Part shown: piece by piece, positions 52,515 to 62,319 of the stretch
Numbering within the stretch: position 1 is the stretch's first letter
Layout: every line of letters starts with the position of its first letter
Assembly (NCBI RefSeq): GCF_009931435.1
Contig: NZ_CP043414.1
DNA: 64,000 nucleotides
Direction: 5' to 3' (one strand)
Source: Escherichia coli
GTDB lineage: Bacteria; Pseudomonadota; Gammaproteobacteria; Enterobacterales; Enterobacteriaceae
Notes under the pieces: model-generated
What the model was told of the DNA's origin: nothing
The model's input: only the letters and a program-made list of their open reading frames with translations
Database searches by the model: none
Position numbers and translations under genes: made by a program

Positions 52515-53474
52515 ATGAAAATTTGTATCGACGACGGATCCACCAACATCAAGCTGGCATGGACTGAGAACGGCGAACGCCGCAACGCCATCAGCCCGAA
52601 CAGCTTCAAGTCAGAATGGTCTGCGCCGTTCGGTGGCACGCAGCCCGCGAACTACATGCTTGATGGCGTGCGCTATGGTTTTGATCCGGTCAGCGATCGC
52701 TTTGTCCAGACGACCGACACGCAATACCAGTACAGCGATGTGAATGTCATTGCCATTCATCATGCGCTGGTCAAATCAGGCATCACGCCACAGGAGGTGG
52801 ATGTGGTTGTCACCCTGCCACTGAGCGAGTATTTCGACACAAACGCACAGCCGGACATGGCCAACATCAACCGCAAAAAAGCGAACGTTATGCGCCCGGT
52901 GGAGTACCAGAACGGCGAGGCATTCACTATCCGTAACGTGCGGGTTATGCCTGAATCCATTCCGGCTGGCTTTAAAGCACTGGCTGACATGAGTCCGTTT
53001 GAATCCCTGCTGATTGTGGATTTGGGCGGAACCACGCTGGATGTGGCAAAGGTTCAGGGGCAACTGGCAGGTATCAGCCAGGTGTTTTGCGATCCACACG
53101 TAGGCGTTTCCCTGATGGCCGATGCCGTACTGTCGGTAATGGCCACTAACGGTATGCGCACCAGTCACCACATCGCCAATACCATTATCGAACATCGCCA
53201 CGATGAAGCCTGGCTGCGCCAGCACATCCACAATAACGCACATTACGCCAGCCTGATGGCTGTTATTCGTGAAAAGGAAGAAACACTGAAACAACGCGTG
53301 ATCCGCGCGCTGGCGGGTTTTTCGGGTTACGGGCGGGTGATGGTTGTAGGTGGAGGGGCAGAGATTGTGGCACCCGCTATCCGCGAAGCCTGCGGAGTTA
53401 ATGCGACTTTCATCGCGGACGGGGTGCCACAGTTTGCTCTGGTTAATGGGCTGTACGCAATGGACAAGGAGTAA
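52515..53474 (+). CDS. parM: ParM/StbA actin-like segregation ATPase
   Basis: Colinear similarity to plasmid R1 ParM: IDDGSTNIKL, ISPNSFK, YSDVNVIAIHHAL, RKKAN, VMPESIPAG, LLIVDLGGTTLD, GGGAE, LVNGLY. Confidence 0.85.
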   Translation: MKICIDDGSTNIKLAWTENGERRNAISPNSFKSEWSAPFGGTQPANYMLDGVRYGFDPVSDRFVQTTDTQYQYSDVNVIAIHHALVKSGITPQEVDVVVTLPLSEYFDTNAQPDMANINRKKANVMRPVEYQNGEAFTIRNVRVMPESIPAGFKALADMSPFESLLIVDLGGTTLDVAKVQGQLAGISQVFCDPHVGVSLMADAVLSVMATNGMRTSHHIANTIIEHRHDEAWLRQHIHNNAHYASLMAVIREKEETLKQRVIRALAGFSGYGRVMVVGGGAEIVAPAIREACGVNATFIADGVPQFALVNGLYAMDKE

Positions 53475-53478
53475 ATCA

Positions 53479-53793
53479 ATGACGACACCAACCAGACGGA
53501 TAAGTTTCTATCTGAAGCCCGCCGTCGTCAAGAGCGAACGGGAGGCGTGCAGTTACCTCGACAGCCTGCCAGCCTCCGAACGCAGCCGCGCACAACGCGC
53601 GGCTTTTCTGGCCGGACTGGCTCTTATAAAACGCACCCCCGCGTTGGCGTATTCGCTGGCAGAATGGTCAGAAGACGAAATACGGATGCCACCGCTACCA
53701 GTACAGCCTGAAAAACCGGCGCAACCAGCAGCAGACAGCGCCCCCCATATGCAGCAGGTGAAAAAGAATATTCAGGCGTTTTTCCCGAAGTGA
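53479..53793 (+). CDS. parR: ParR/StbB-like centromere-binding protein
   Basis: N-terminus RRISFYLKPAV...SYLDSLPASERSRAQRAAFLAGLALIKRTP resembles R1 ParR; immediately follows parM. Confidence 0.7.
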   Translation: MTTPTRRISFYLKPAVVKSEREACSYLDSLPASERSRAQRAAFLAGLALIKRTPALAYSLAEWSEDEIRMPPLPVQPEKPAQPAADSAPHMQQVKKNIQAFFPK

Positions 53794-53807
53794 AAACAGG
53801 AGTAACT

Positions 53808-54095
53808 ATGTCCACCATTACCAAAGAATGGTTACAACGTAAAATCACAGAGTTTAAATCGTGGCGCGAAGACATCCCGTTCGGTCTTGATGAAGACGAT
53901 CACAATATGTTAATCGCACTGGAAATCGCACTTGCATCACTGGAAGCAGAGCCAGTGGCATGGATGCACGCAAATAATCCTATTGGAATACCGGCGATAA
54001 CAAGAAGTAAAGATGTTGCAGACAGCTGGCGCTCTAAGGGATGGAATGTATTGCCTCTTTATTCACTGACCCGCTCCATCAATTTATGCCATTAA
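53808..54095 (+). CDS. Hypothetical protein (95 aa)
   Basis: ORF between parR-like and Rrf2-like genes. Confidence 0.45.
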   Translation: MSTITKEWLQRKITEFKSWREDIPFGLDEDDHNMLIALEIALASLEAEPVAWMHANNPIGIPAITRSKDVADSWRSKGWNVLPLYSLTRSINLCH

Positions 54096-54106
54096 TGGAA
54101 GTAATC

Positions 54107-54466
54107 ATGATGAAAGATAATTCCGGAAGCCAGCGTGCATCAGTTGCAGTTATGGTAATGATTAAATTTGTGAAACAGTACACCGGAAAGCCAATCTCGC
54201 TCCGGCAATTAAGCAAAGAAACCGTTTCACTGTCATATCTGGAGCAAATATTCAGATATTTACGGGAAAGTAGCCTGGTAAAAGCCACACGCGGCCCGGG
54301 TGGTGGATATATCCCGACAAAAGAAAATTACAGTGTTGGTGATATTGTCCGGGCAATGAAATGTTCCGGATTATATACACAGCACGTTATTCTGGCTGCA
54401 CTGGATAATATTTCTTTAACCAGCCTGCAGGAAGACACAAATTATCAGTTGTCTGCCATTGAATAA
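54107..54466 (+). CDS. Rrf2-family (IscR/NsrR-like) transcriptional regulator, apparently lacking the cluster-ligating Cys triad
   Basis: VSLSYLEQIFRYLRESSLVKATRGPGGGYIPTKENYSVGDIVRAM closely parallels the IscR core ISLSYLEQLF...GLV..VRGPGGGY; only one Cys in the C-terminal region. Confidence 0.7.
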   Translation: MMKDNSGSQRASVAVMVMIKFVKQYTGKPISLRQLSKETVSLSYLEQIFRYLRESSLVKATRGPGGGYIPTKENYSVGDIVRAMKCSGLYTQHVILAALDNISLTSLQEDTNYQLSAIE

Positions 54467-54534
54467 GAAAACCCGGAACGGGTGCGCAAATTCTTTGTGC
54501 GCCCGTTCCGGGTTGGACAAGCGAAGCGCGTCAG

Positions 54535-54792
54535 CTATCCGGCCTGCAACAACTCCAGAGCCATTTGTTTTTCTTCCGGACGCATCCGCTCAATCAACAG
54601 CTTTAACACACCATTCTCCAGCCCGCTGGGCACCAGTGTGTGCGAGTAGGTCAGATTCATCACCCAGGTATGTCCGCACTCGAGACGGGTGCAACGGTAA
54701 TACACATCAGCAAACTGATCGGTTTTCCAGGCTGTTTTCTCAATCACTGCATGTGCACCGCAGCAATGACATCGCGCTTTCTGTCTGCGCAT
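54535..54792 (-). CDS. Ogr/Delta-family zinc-finger late-gene activator (putative)
   Basis: CHCCGAHAV...YYRCTRLECGHTWVM (C-x2-C ... C-x4-C); GGAGG RBS upstream of ATG 54792. Confidence 0.6.
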   Translation of the reverse strand: MRRQKARCHCCGAHAVIEKTAWKTDQFADVYYRCTRLECGHTWVMNLTYSHTLVPSGLENGVLKLLIERMRPEEKQMALELLQAG

Positions 54793-54857
54793 TTTCCACC
54801 TCCCGGAACAGCGTTTTACTGCCACCGATTTTACCCGCTCTTTCCCCATACCGCACA

Positions 54858-55892
54858 TCACTCCATGGGTTCATCAAAATCAAGAATAAATTTCACCTCC
54901 CCCAGTCGTCTGATATCCGGGTCGCTGTTGATCCCCTCCATAATCAGGCGGCGCATCGGGATAACCTCATCCCTGTAATATGCCTCGCGGGATTTCAGTG
55001 GGTCACCAAGCCCGGCCGTATTTGCGGGAATGATGCCGGCAAGCCCGGGTGGAAAACGGTGCGCAACGAGCTGATCCTGGGCACTGATAGTTTTTATATT
55101 CAGGAACTCATCTTTTGTACCTGAATCTCCGATAGGGATCACCTTAACGCCTTCTTTGTCTCCGCCAGGTATATTGATAAACATGGATTTAAAATTGCCC
55201 GCCCCTTTTGACGCCTCTATCTTTTTACGGAATTCCGCCTCGAGCTCGGGATCCATGTCCGGGTCAGTGGAATACAGGATATAACCAAGATGTGCGCCGT
55301 TCTTGTAATACTTGCGGCGAAAGCGGGTGGCATCCACATTCAGCATGGCAGATTCCATCCCGTGAATATAATCCGGGACACCGTAAACCTGCTGTTGCGG
55401 GTCATAAATGGCCACGAACACTACTTCGCCTGGCGGGTAAACGAGATCTTCCAGTGCCGCCTGCACAATCACCGTGCCACCCTCGTTGTTACGCCGCAGG
55501 TACAGAGAAGGTAACGTATGCAGGCGCACCACTCGACCGAAGCCATTGCGCACTTTAAGCAACCCCATATCCCCGAATATCAGCAGATTGGTTACTGCTG
55601 CCGCCATGGCGGCGTGTGTCATACCACCACCCCCCCGAAAACCCTGCATGATCATATTGACGCGCGCACGCAATACCGCGCCGTGATACGGTGCGATATT
55701 GGACAACATGGCGAGATCCATGCGCTCAATGGGCGGCGTGTACCAGCCGTTATAGCCATCCCAGAGCGAGCCGTAATAACAGCCCCATGCAGCGACCGGT
55801 TCCGGGTCACCAAATTCAATAAAAGTCATTTTGCTGGCTGTTTTTTTTGCCACGCCATCGTGTAACACGGGGTATTTTTTCTTTTTACTCAT
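54858..55892 (-). CDS. Phage portal protein (P2 gpQ-like)
   Basis: 344 aa, same length and position as P2 Q, translationally coupled to the terminase gene. Confidence 0.75.
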   Translation of the reverse strand: MSKKKKYPVLHDGVAKKTASKMTFIEFGDPEPVAAWGCYYGSLWDGYNGWYTPPIERMDLAMLSNIAPYHGAVLRARVNMIMQGFRGGGGMTHAAMAAAVTNLLIFGDMGLLKVRNGFGRVVRLHTLPSLYLRRNNEGGTVIVQAALEDLVYPPGEVVFVAIYDPQQQVYGVPDYIHGMESAMLNVDATRFRRKYYKNGAHLGYILYSTDPDMDPELEAEFRKKIEASKGAGNFKSMFINIPGGDKEGVKVIPIGDSGTKDEFLNIKTISAQDQLVAHRFPPGLAGIIPANTAGLGDPLKSREAYYRDEVIPMRRLIMEGINSDPDIRRLGEVKFILDFDEPME

Positions 55893-57672
55893 CTGACAGG
55901 ATCCATGTTGATTTGCGCTTGTGCTTATAGTTCAGGGGTTCATTACTTGCGGCATGAGCTATGGCAAAGAAGATGTCAGCGTGCCCGGTTTCTTCGCTAC
56001 GTTCGGCGGTGAAAGTGACTTTATTGCCGCTGTTGGTGGATTCCTGACGAATGGCCAGGAACGATGCCGGAATATCCGTGGCTTCTTCATCCCACTCAAT
56101 ACGGTTGGCGTAAATCAGATCCAGCATCTTCATCACCAGGCGGTTTTTGGATTCCACGCTGTAATGAATGGCCACTGTTTCACGGCGGGCAAATCCCTGA
56201 ACCAGCTCAAAGACACCGTAGCCAAGACCGGTGACGTCAATGCCGATAAATGTCATGTTATAGCGCGCCTTAATGCTGCGGATACGCTCTGCCATAAACT
56301 GGAATGACATGCTGCGCCAGTGGTGTTTTTCCAGCACGCGGAATCGTTCTGCCGCAACCAGCGGCGGTGCCAGCACAACAAATGTGGCGTTATCGCCGGA
56401 GCGCGCAGGGTCAAAGCCGCCCCACACTTCACGGTTACCAAATGGCATGGGCTCTTCCGGGTGAAAATCCTCCCACGTACTGACATCAACACCACAACGC
56501 ACAAGATCATCGAATTTAAAGACGCTCTCTTTGTCATCCACAAACACACACATAAACAGCATATTGAACGCTGTTTCGTTGTATCGCTCGCGCAGCTCGT
56601 TGATGTCAGCAAGGTTAAAGCCGCCGGCAATGGCATCTTCCAGCGTAACCACATAGCGCCACTGACCATCCGGACATTCACGCCCACCATCGCGCAGCTC
56701 ATCAAAGGACGGAAACTCAACCCCTTTTCGTTTCGGATCGCCTTTGCGCCATTCATCGCCAGACCAGAACGGGTAACCCTGGTGTGTTTTGGATGACGGC
56801 GTGGAGAAATAGGTAATGCGCCAGTGTTTATGGGTGGCCATCCCTGATGCCACTTCATTGAGACGGCGAAAACCGGGGATCCACAGGTATTCATCAATAT
56901 ACAGGTGGCCGCTGTTTGACTGCGCTGTGTTACTGTTGGTCGCCAGAAAATACAGTTCAGCCAGATTACTTAACTTAACCGGATTGCCTTTAATGGGAAT
57001 GCCAAACTCTGTTTGTGCAATTTTTACAATATAAGTACGGAACACTTCGGCCTGACGTTTTGATGCCGATAAAAATATCTGTGTGTCGCCGGTTAATACT
57101 GCATCTTCAAATGCCTCAAACGCGAAGTAATACGTCGCCCCAATCTGGCGGGATTTAAGCAGGTTGCGTACACGGCGGAATTTGTTTTCACGCAGATGCA
57201 ACTGATAAGCAAACAACTTTTTCGTAAACGGCTCAAAACTTTCAGCAGTCAGTCCGGAAACGTCATTAGCTTTGCGGGGGCGCTCTTTCTTACCTGCACC
57301 TTTTTCTCCGCGTTCTTCTTTTCCATAACGACCAGACTGGGGAATATCCGCTCCCATTCGTTCAATCTCGGCCATTCGTTCCGTGTGCTTGTTCCTGACC
57401 GACATCAGTTTGACATGATGACCAATCAGGCGATCGAGTTCATCGTGCTCTTCCGGCGTTTTATGATCACGCTCCGCCAGTACAGCGAGACGACGGGCGA
57501 TAACATCCTCCACGCCTTCAGTATTAAGCTGTGTGTACCACTCAAACTTTGTCGCCCAGTAATAAACAATTCGCGGGCTGTTCAGTCCGAGCTTCTTTTG
57601 TATTTCTTTTGGTGTGTGTCTTTTCAGATAGAGCGATTTTGCAGCAGCAATCACCTCATCAGAATACGCCAT
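55885..57672 (-). CDS. Terminase large (ATPase) subunit (P2 gpP-like)
   Basis: 595 aa; position divergent from scaffold/capsid genes. Confidence 0.8.
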   Translation of the reverse strand: MAYSDEVIAAAKSLYLKRHTPKEIQKKLGLNSPRIVYYWATKFEWYTQLNTEGVEDVIARRLAVLAERDHKTPEEHDELDRLIGHHVKLMSVRNKHTERMAEIERMGADIPQSGRYGKEERGEKGAGKKERPRKANDVSGLTAESFEPFTKKLFAYQLHLRENKFRRVRNLLKSRQIGATYYFAFEAFEDAVLTGDTQIFLSASKRQAEVFRTYIVKIAQTEFGIPIKGNPVKLSNLAELYFLATNSNTAQSNSGHLYIDEYLWIPGFRRLNEVASGMATHKHWRITYFSTPSSKTHQGYPFWSGDEWRKGDPKRKGVEFPSFDELRDGGRECPDGQWRYVVTLEDAIAGGFNLADINELRERYNETAFNMLFMCVFVDDKESVFKFDDLVRCGVDVSTWEDFHPEEPMPFGNREVWGGFDPARSGDNATFVVLAPPLVAAERFRVLEKHHWRSMSFQFMAERIRSIKARYNMTFIGIDVTGLGYGVFELVQGFARRETVAIHYSVESKNRLVMKMLDLIYANRIEWDEEATDIPASFLAIRQESTNSGNKVTFTAERSEETGHADIFFAIAHAASNEPLNYKHKRKSTWILSDE

Positions 57673-57866
57673 AAATAAACCTCACCTGCTGATGCAATTT
57701 TAATTTATGCATTTTCAGCAAAGGATTTTTTAAAAACGAATATCGCTTTTCGGTATTTTTCGGATATATACGCATATCCGAAAGTACCGGAAATTAATCA
57801 GATGACGACATTTTTATTTCTCCGTTAAATAACGCCAGTTTAATTTTTATCAGCGGGTTAATTCAG

Positions 57867-58757
57867 ATGTCGAAACTGAAAACAGACTGGGTGGTCGTAG
57901 CCACTTCAGGCCCCACCATCGACGGTCGGGAAATTGATCCAAAGTGGCTGACGGATGCCGCCGAGGTTTATAACCCGGACGAACACACCGCCATGCTCTG
58001 GCCGTTTCATGCCAGCGCCGGCTGGCGTGCTTTCACCAATAACTATGGTCTTGTTGATGCACTGAAGGCGGAAAAAGTCGGTGATAAAGTGCAGCTGAAA
58101 GCCCGCCTGATACCCAACCGCTTTCTGACCGAAGCCAACGAGGCTGGACAAAAACTTTTCACCTCCATAGAGGTAAAGGAAAACTACCTGGGAACAGGCA
58201 AATTCTTTGTATCCGGTATCGCTGTGACTGACACACCGGCCAGCATCAACACCACCCGCCTGCAATTTTCGCAGGGAGATTCCATTCACATGGGGAATGC
58301 AGAAGAACTGAATTTCACGCTGCAGTCTGACGACGAGCAGGCCAAACGCAGTTTCTTTTCCGGCCTTTTCTCCGTGGGACGCAACAAACAGGAAAACGAT
58401 ATGAACGAAAAACAGTTCGGCCAGTTGATGGACGCTATCAACAAAACCGGCGAACGCCTGGACAAACTGGAAGAAAACGTCGCGCAGTTCAGCGCGAAGG
58501 ATGCCCCGAAAGATACCAGTGATAACAAGCCGGAAGGCAGCACCGGCGATCAGGGGCAGGACAACGCAGAACAGAACAACAAGGACGACAAAACCTTCAC
58601 GCTGACCACCGAGCAGGGCGAAAAGCTGTTCTCCACAGTGAACGCCATCGCGGAGAAGGTTACCAGTATGGAAACCGCATTTGCTGAACTCAGCAAGGAC
58701 GCCACGAAGCTGCCGGGCAACAATCCGGCCGGTGGCGAAACTTTTAACCTGGTGTAA
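57867..58757 (+). CDS. Capsid scaffolding protein (P2 gpO-like)
   Basis: 296 aa, acidic/coiled-coil C-terminal half; precedes the major capsid gene. Confidence 0.7.
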   Translation: MSKLKTDWVVVATSGPTIDGREIDPKWLTDAAEVYNPDEHTAMLWPFHASAGWRAFTNNYGLVDALKAEKVGDKVQLKARLIPNRFLTEANEAGQKLFTSIEVKENYLGTGKFFVSGIAVTDTPASINTTRLQFSQGDSIHMGNAEELNFTLQSDDEQAKRSFFSGLFSVGRNKQENDMNEKQFGQLMDAINKTGERLDKLEENVAQFSAKDAPKDTSDNKPEGSTGDQGQDNAEQNNKDDKTFTLTTEQGEKLFSTVNAIAEKVTSMETAFAELSKDATKLPGNNPAGGETFNLV

Positions 58758-58771
58758 CCGGAGAGAACGCA

Positions 58772-59785
58772 ATGAACATGACACCAGAAGCACAAAAGCT
58801 GGTTAATCAGTACATCAGCGAACTGCAAAAAACATTCAGTGACTGCGGGAAATCAAGCGATCGTTTCTTTTCGCTGACCGAGCCACGCAGTATTGCTCTG
58901 CATAAAGCCCTGCTGGAAAGCACGGAGTTTCTGAGTTTCATCACCTGCATGGACGTTCCGCACCCGCAGGGGCAGGTCGTCACCGTGGGCGAATCCACAC
59001 TGCGCACCGGTCGCGTGAAAAGCGGTCGTTTCGCTAAAGGTTCGGGCATCAAAGGCAACGAATTTAAACTCGTTGAAACTGATTCCTGCTGCGTGATCAC
59101 CTGGGAACAACTCGCCATCTGGGCGAATGCCGGCAGCCCGCAGGAATTTTTCAACCTGATGAACTCCGCCGCCGTCACCAACTTTGCGCTGGATATGCTG
59201 CGCATTGGCTTTAACGGTAAAACAGCAGCGGAAAACTCTGACCCGGAAAGTCACCCGAACGGCGAAGACGTCAACATCGGCTGGCATGAAATCGCCAAAA
59301 AGTGGGGAGAACAGCCCGGCAATACCTCCCGTATTCTGACAGACGCCGTTACCCTGGGCGAAGGCGGCGATTATGTCGGTCTTGATGCCATGGCCTCAGA
59401 CCTGATCCGCACTTACATCCCGGCACAGTATCACAACGACCCACGACTTACCGTACTGGTCGGCGCAGACCTTGTGGCTGCTGAAGAACTACGCCTCTAC
59501 AACAAAGAGGATAAGCCTACCGAAAAAGTGGCCGCACAGTTGCTGACGAAGAACATTGCAGGCCGCAAGGCCATCATTCCGCCGTTTATGCCGGGCAAAC
59601 GTATGGTGGTGACCATGCTGCCAAACCTGCAGATCCTGACGCTGAAAGGCTCCCGCCGCCGCAAGGCAGAAGATGTGGGCGATCGCAAACAGTTCGAAAA
59701 CTCATACTGGCGTTACGAGGGGTACGCCCTGGGCGATCCGGATTTATATGCTGCCGTAGATGAGTCTGCGGTCACCATCGCCTGA
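58772..59785 (+). CDS. Major capsid protein (P2 gpN-like)
   Basis: 337 aa at the N position of the O-N-M-L cluster. Confidence 0.75.
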   Translation: MNMTPEAQKLVNQYISELQKTFSDCGKSSDRFFSLTEPRSIALHKALLESTEFLSFITCMDVPHPQGQVVTVGESTLRTGRVKSGRFAKGSGIKGNEFKLVETDSCCVITWEQLAIWANAGSPQEFFNLMNSAAVTNFALDMLRIGFNGKTAAENSDPESHPNGEDVNIGWHEIAKKWGEQPGNTSRILTDAVTLGEGGDYVGLDAMASDLIRTYIPAQYHNDPRLTVLVGADLVAAEELRLYNKEDKPTEKVAAQLLTKNIAGRKAIIPPFMPGKRMVVTMLPNLQILTLKGSRRRKAEDVGDRKQFENSYWRYEGYALGDPDLYAAVDESAVTIA

Positions 59786-59802
59786 TAAACGGAGCGCACG
59801 GT

Positions 59803-60513
59803 ATGCCAACGCCAATGCAGCGACAACGTGCCCGACAGATGGATGAGCGCCGTGCGGCGCTCATGACCAGAACGGACGGGAGCGCCATCAGCACAGAGAG
59901 TCAGCACATTAAGCTGCTGGCACTGGATAACGACATCAGACAACTGCACAACATGGAGCTGCTGTCTGACAAGCTGGAATTCAAACGGAACACGCTGCTG
60001 CCCCGCTGGCTGCCACACGCACAGGCTTATCTGGAGGGGGAACGCGTCTATCAGAATCCCATTCTGGTGTACTGCATCATCTGGCTGTTCGATACCGGGC
60101 AGTTTGAGATGGCGCTGCGGTGGGCTGACATTGCCATTGAGCAGGGGCAAAAGACGCCGGAGAACTTCAAAAGCGAGCTGCCAACGTTTGTGGCCCATTT
60201 CATTCTTGAATGGGCAGAAACCGAAGCTGAACGTGGGAACAGTATCGCGCCATATTTTCAGCAGGTGTTTGAAAAAATCCGTGACAAATGGCGCGTGAAT
60301 GAACGCCTTGCTGCCCGCTACTGGCGCTTTGCAGGCGTCCTGCTGCTGCGCGGCGATGACGGTAAACCGCTGGCCAGTGCAATTAACGATCCGGAGAGAC
60401 TGCAACAGGCCGACCAGTGTCTGGAACAGGCTGCCTGGCTGCATCCAAAAATTCAGGTGAAAACCCTGCGCCAGCGCATTGCCGCAAGACTGCGCGCGTT
60501 GCAGGGCACGTAA
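59803..60513 (+). CDS. Terminase small/endonuclease subunit (P2 gpM-like)
   Basis: 236 aa at the M position. Confidence 0.7.
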   Translation: MPTPMQRQRARQMDERRAALMTRTDGSAISTESQHIKLLALDNDIRQLHNMELLSDKLEFKRNTLLPRWLPHAQAYLEGERVYQNPILVYCIIWLFDTGQFEMALRWADIAIEQGQKTPENFKSELPTFVAHFILEWAETEAERGNSIAPYFQQVFEKIRDKWRVNERLAARYWRFAGVLLLRGDDGKPLASAINDPERLQQADQCLEQAAWLHPKIQVKTLRQRIAARLRALQGT

Positions 60514-60612
60514 ACGACTCCCAACAACCGGGCGGGCGCGGTGGAGGTGTGCCGGCAAAAGCCATCAGCACACTGCGGAAACCGGTCAGCCCGCCTTTCC
60601 CCGGAGTGAGCA

Positions 60613-61106
60613 TGTTTGACGGGAAAAGCATTCACTATCAGCAGGCCATTATTCAGAACGATGGATTCTGGCCGGATATTGATGCCGGCGATTTTGAAAA
60701 GAGCCGCAGCATCTCCGCCGTCACGTCACACGAAACGGTGCTGACGGCGCTGCTTTGCGCGGTAACAGAGATTAACACTGAACTGGCTGCACGCCGTGAA
60801 TACTGGCAGGAACAGGGCCACATCCGGGCCGCTGATATTCCGGGTTACACCGTGTTGCAACCAGAGCCGCGCAATACGGATGCACAACCTGAACGGATGC
60901 AGAACCACATTACAGCACTGTACACCAAGGCTGTATATGCCCGCGCAAAGGCCGATCTTTTGCCGGAATCTGCCAGCGTGGGGCGGCGCGAGGCGCAGCC
61001 ATCATCAGAAGCCAGCGAAAGCCGCCGGACGTTGCTGGCTGAAGCGGCCATGGCGGTGCGGGCGCTGCTGGGCCGACCGCGTGCATCCATCGCGCTGATT
61101 GATTAA
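60613..61106 (+). CDS. Head completion/stabilisation protein (P2 gpL-like)
   Basis: Internal ATG of the longer ORF gives ~164 aa at the L position. Confidence 0.6.
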
Positions 61107-61115
61107 GGAAATGGT

Positions 61116-61589
61116 ATGACGCAACTCGCCAGCCTGACGGCATTCATTGAAAACAATCTGCCGGCACGCGCACGCATTCCGTTCACCAGTGACATGGATG
61201 ACATCACGCTCGTTCCGTTTACGAAGTCGCTGGGGCACGGGCAGTTATGTACGCAGGTCCGAAAATATACGGCTTTTCTGCGATGGGACGCATGGCCCTA
61301 TCGTCAGCTCAATCCGGATTTGGTGTTTTCTCTGGTTGAAGCCTGGCTGGCAGACAACGGCGGCGACCTGCGCCAGCGCCTGGCACCGGATGCGCCAGCC
61401 GTTGACGTCGAAGTGGATGATGAAAATGAAGTGGCATGGCTGGAAATCAGTCTGCCGCTGGTTGATCCCATCACCCTGGTTGAGGACGAAAACGGCCCCA
61501 TCCCCAGAGGCGGGAAACGTTACCAGCTGGAAAAGCCTGAAATCTGGGTGGCTCAGGCGCATCAGCTTCACTGCCAGGTGATGCCATGA
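61116..61589 (+). CDS. Phage tail completion protein (gpR-like, putative)
   Basis: 157 aa immediately after head completion gene; assignment by size and position. Confidence 0.4.
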   Translation: MTQLASLTAFIENNLPARARIPFTSDMDDITLVPFTKSLGHGQLCTQVRKYTAFLRWDAWPYRQLNPDLVFSLVEAWLADNGGDLRQRLAPDAPAVDVEVDDENEVAWLEISLPLVDPITLVEDENGPIPRGGKRYQLEKPEIWVAQAHQLHCQVMP

Positions 61590-62299
61590 CGCGCCCCGTG
61601 ATTAACGAGTCACAACTCCGGCAGGTTCGTCGCGCCATCAGAGAGGCAGAACTTCCGCCGGCAAAGGCCAGAAAGCTGCTGGTTCGCATTGCGAAATACG
61701 GCCTGATACCGGCTGCACGACGCAATGTGAAAGCACAGCGAACACCGGAGGGGGCAGCCTGGGCACCACGAAAAAGACCGGATAAAGCCGGCGGCAGGTA
61801 TAAAAACAAAATGCTGCTGGGACTGCCGAAACTGCTGGCCATCAGGGTTGACGGCAGCGGGAAAAGTGTCCGCCTTTTCTTCAAAAAAGGGGATTACAAC
61901 ACCGGCTCTCATGGTGGGGCGGTCGCGTGGGTGCAACAGCACGGCGCAACCATCAAAGGCCGCGCCACAAAACGCCGGGACAGCGAAGCCATGCGCACCC
62001 GTCCCGCCACACGACGGCAGGCAGAACGCCTTCTTTCTCTGGGCTTTCGCGCCCCCGTCGGCGCAGTCAACAAAAAAAACGGACGCAGGGGACGCAGAAA
62101 GCCTTCTCTGAAATGGATTATGGAAAACATGAGTATGGCGCAGGCCGGACTGGTGATCAGCATTCTGAAAGGCGAGCAGAAAAAACGTGTATGGGAAATC
62201 AAAATCCCCTCCCGCGCATTTCTGGGAGCCAGCGATGCTGAATTTGCCCGCATTCTGGAAGCGCAGCTGCGCAGCCTGCATTACGGCGGCACGAGATAA
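61586..62299 (+). CDS. Phage virion morphogenesis protein (gpS-like, putative)
   Basis: 237 aa, basic, overlapping start; assignment by position. Confidence 0.45.
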   Translation: MTRPVINESQLRQVRRAIREAELPPAKARKLLVRIAKYGLIPAARRNVKAQRTPEGAAWAPRKRPDKAGGRYKNKMLLGLPKLLAIRVDGSGKSVRLFFKKGDYNTGSHGGAVAWVQQHGATIKGRATKRRDSEAMRTRPATRRQAERLLSLGFRAPVGAVNKKNGRRGRRKPSLKWIMENMSMAQAGLVISILKGEQKKRVWEIKIPSRAFLGASDAEFARILEAQLRSLHYGGTR

Positions 62300-62319
62300 C
62301 AAAATCAGGAGACAAACCA

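Noticed and set aside
60417-60612. N-terminal extension of the head-completion ORF overlapping the terminase small-subunit gene
   Set aside because: The extension lies in an alternate frame of the upstream gene; the ATG at 60613 gives a product of typical head-completion size.
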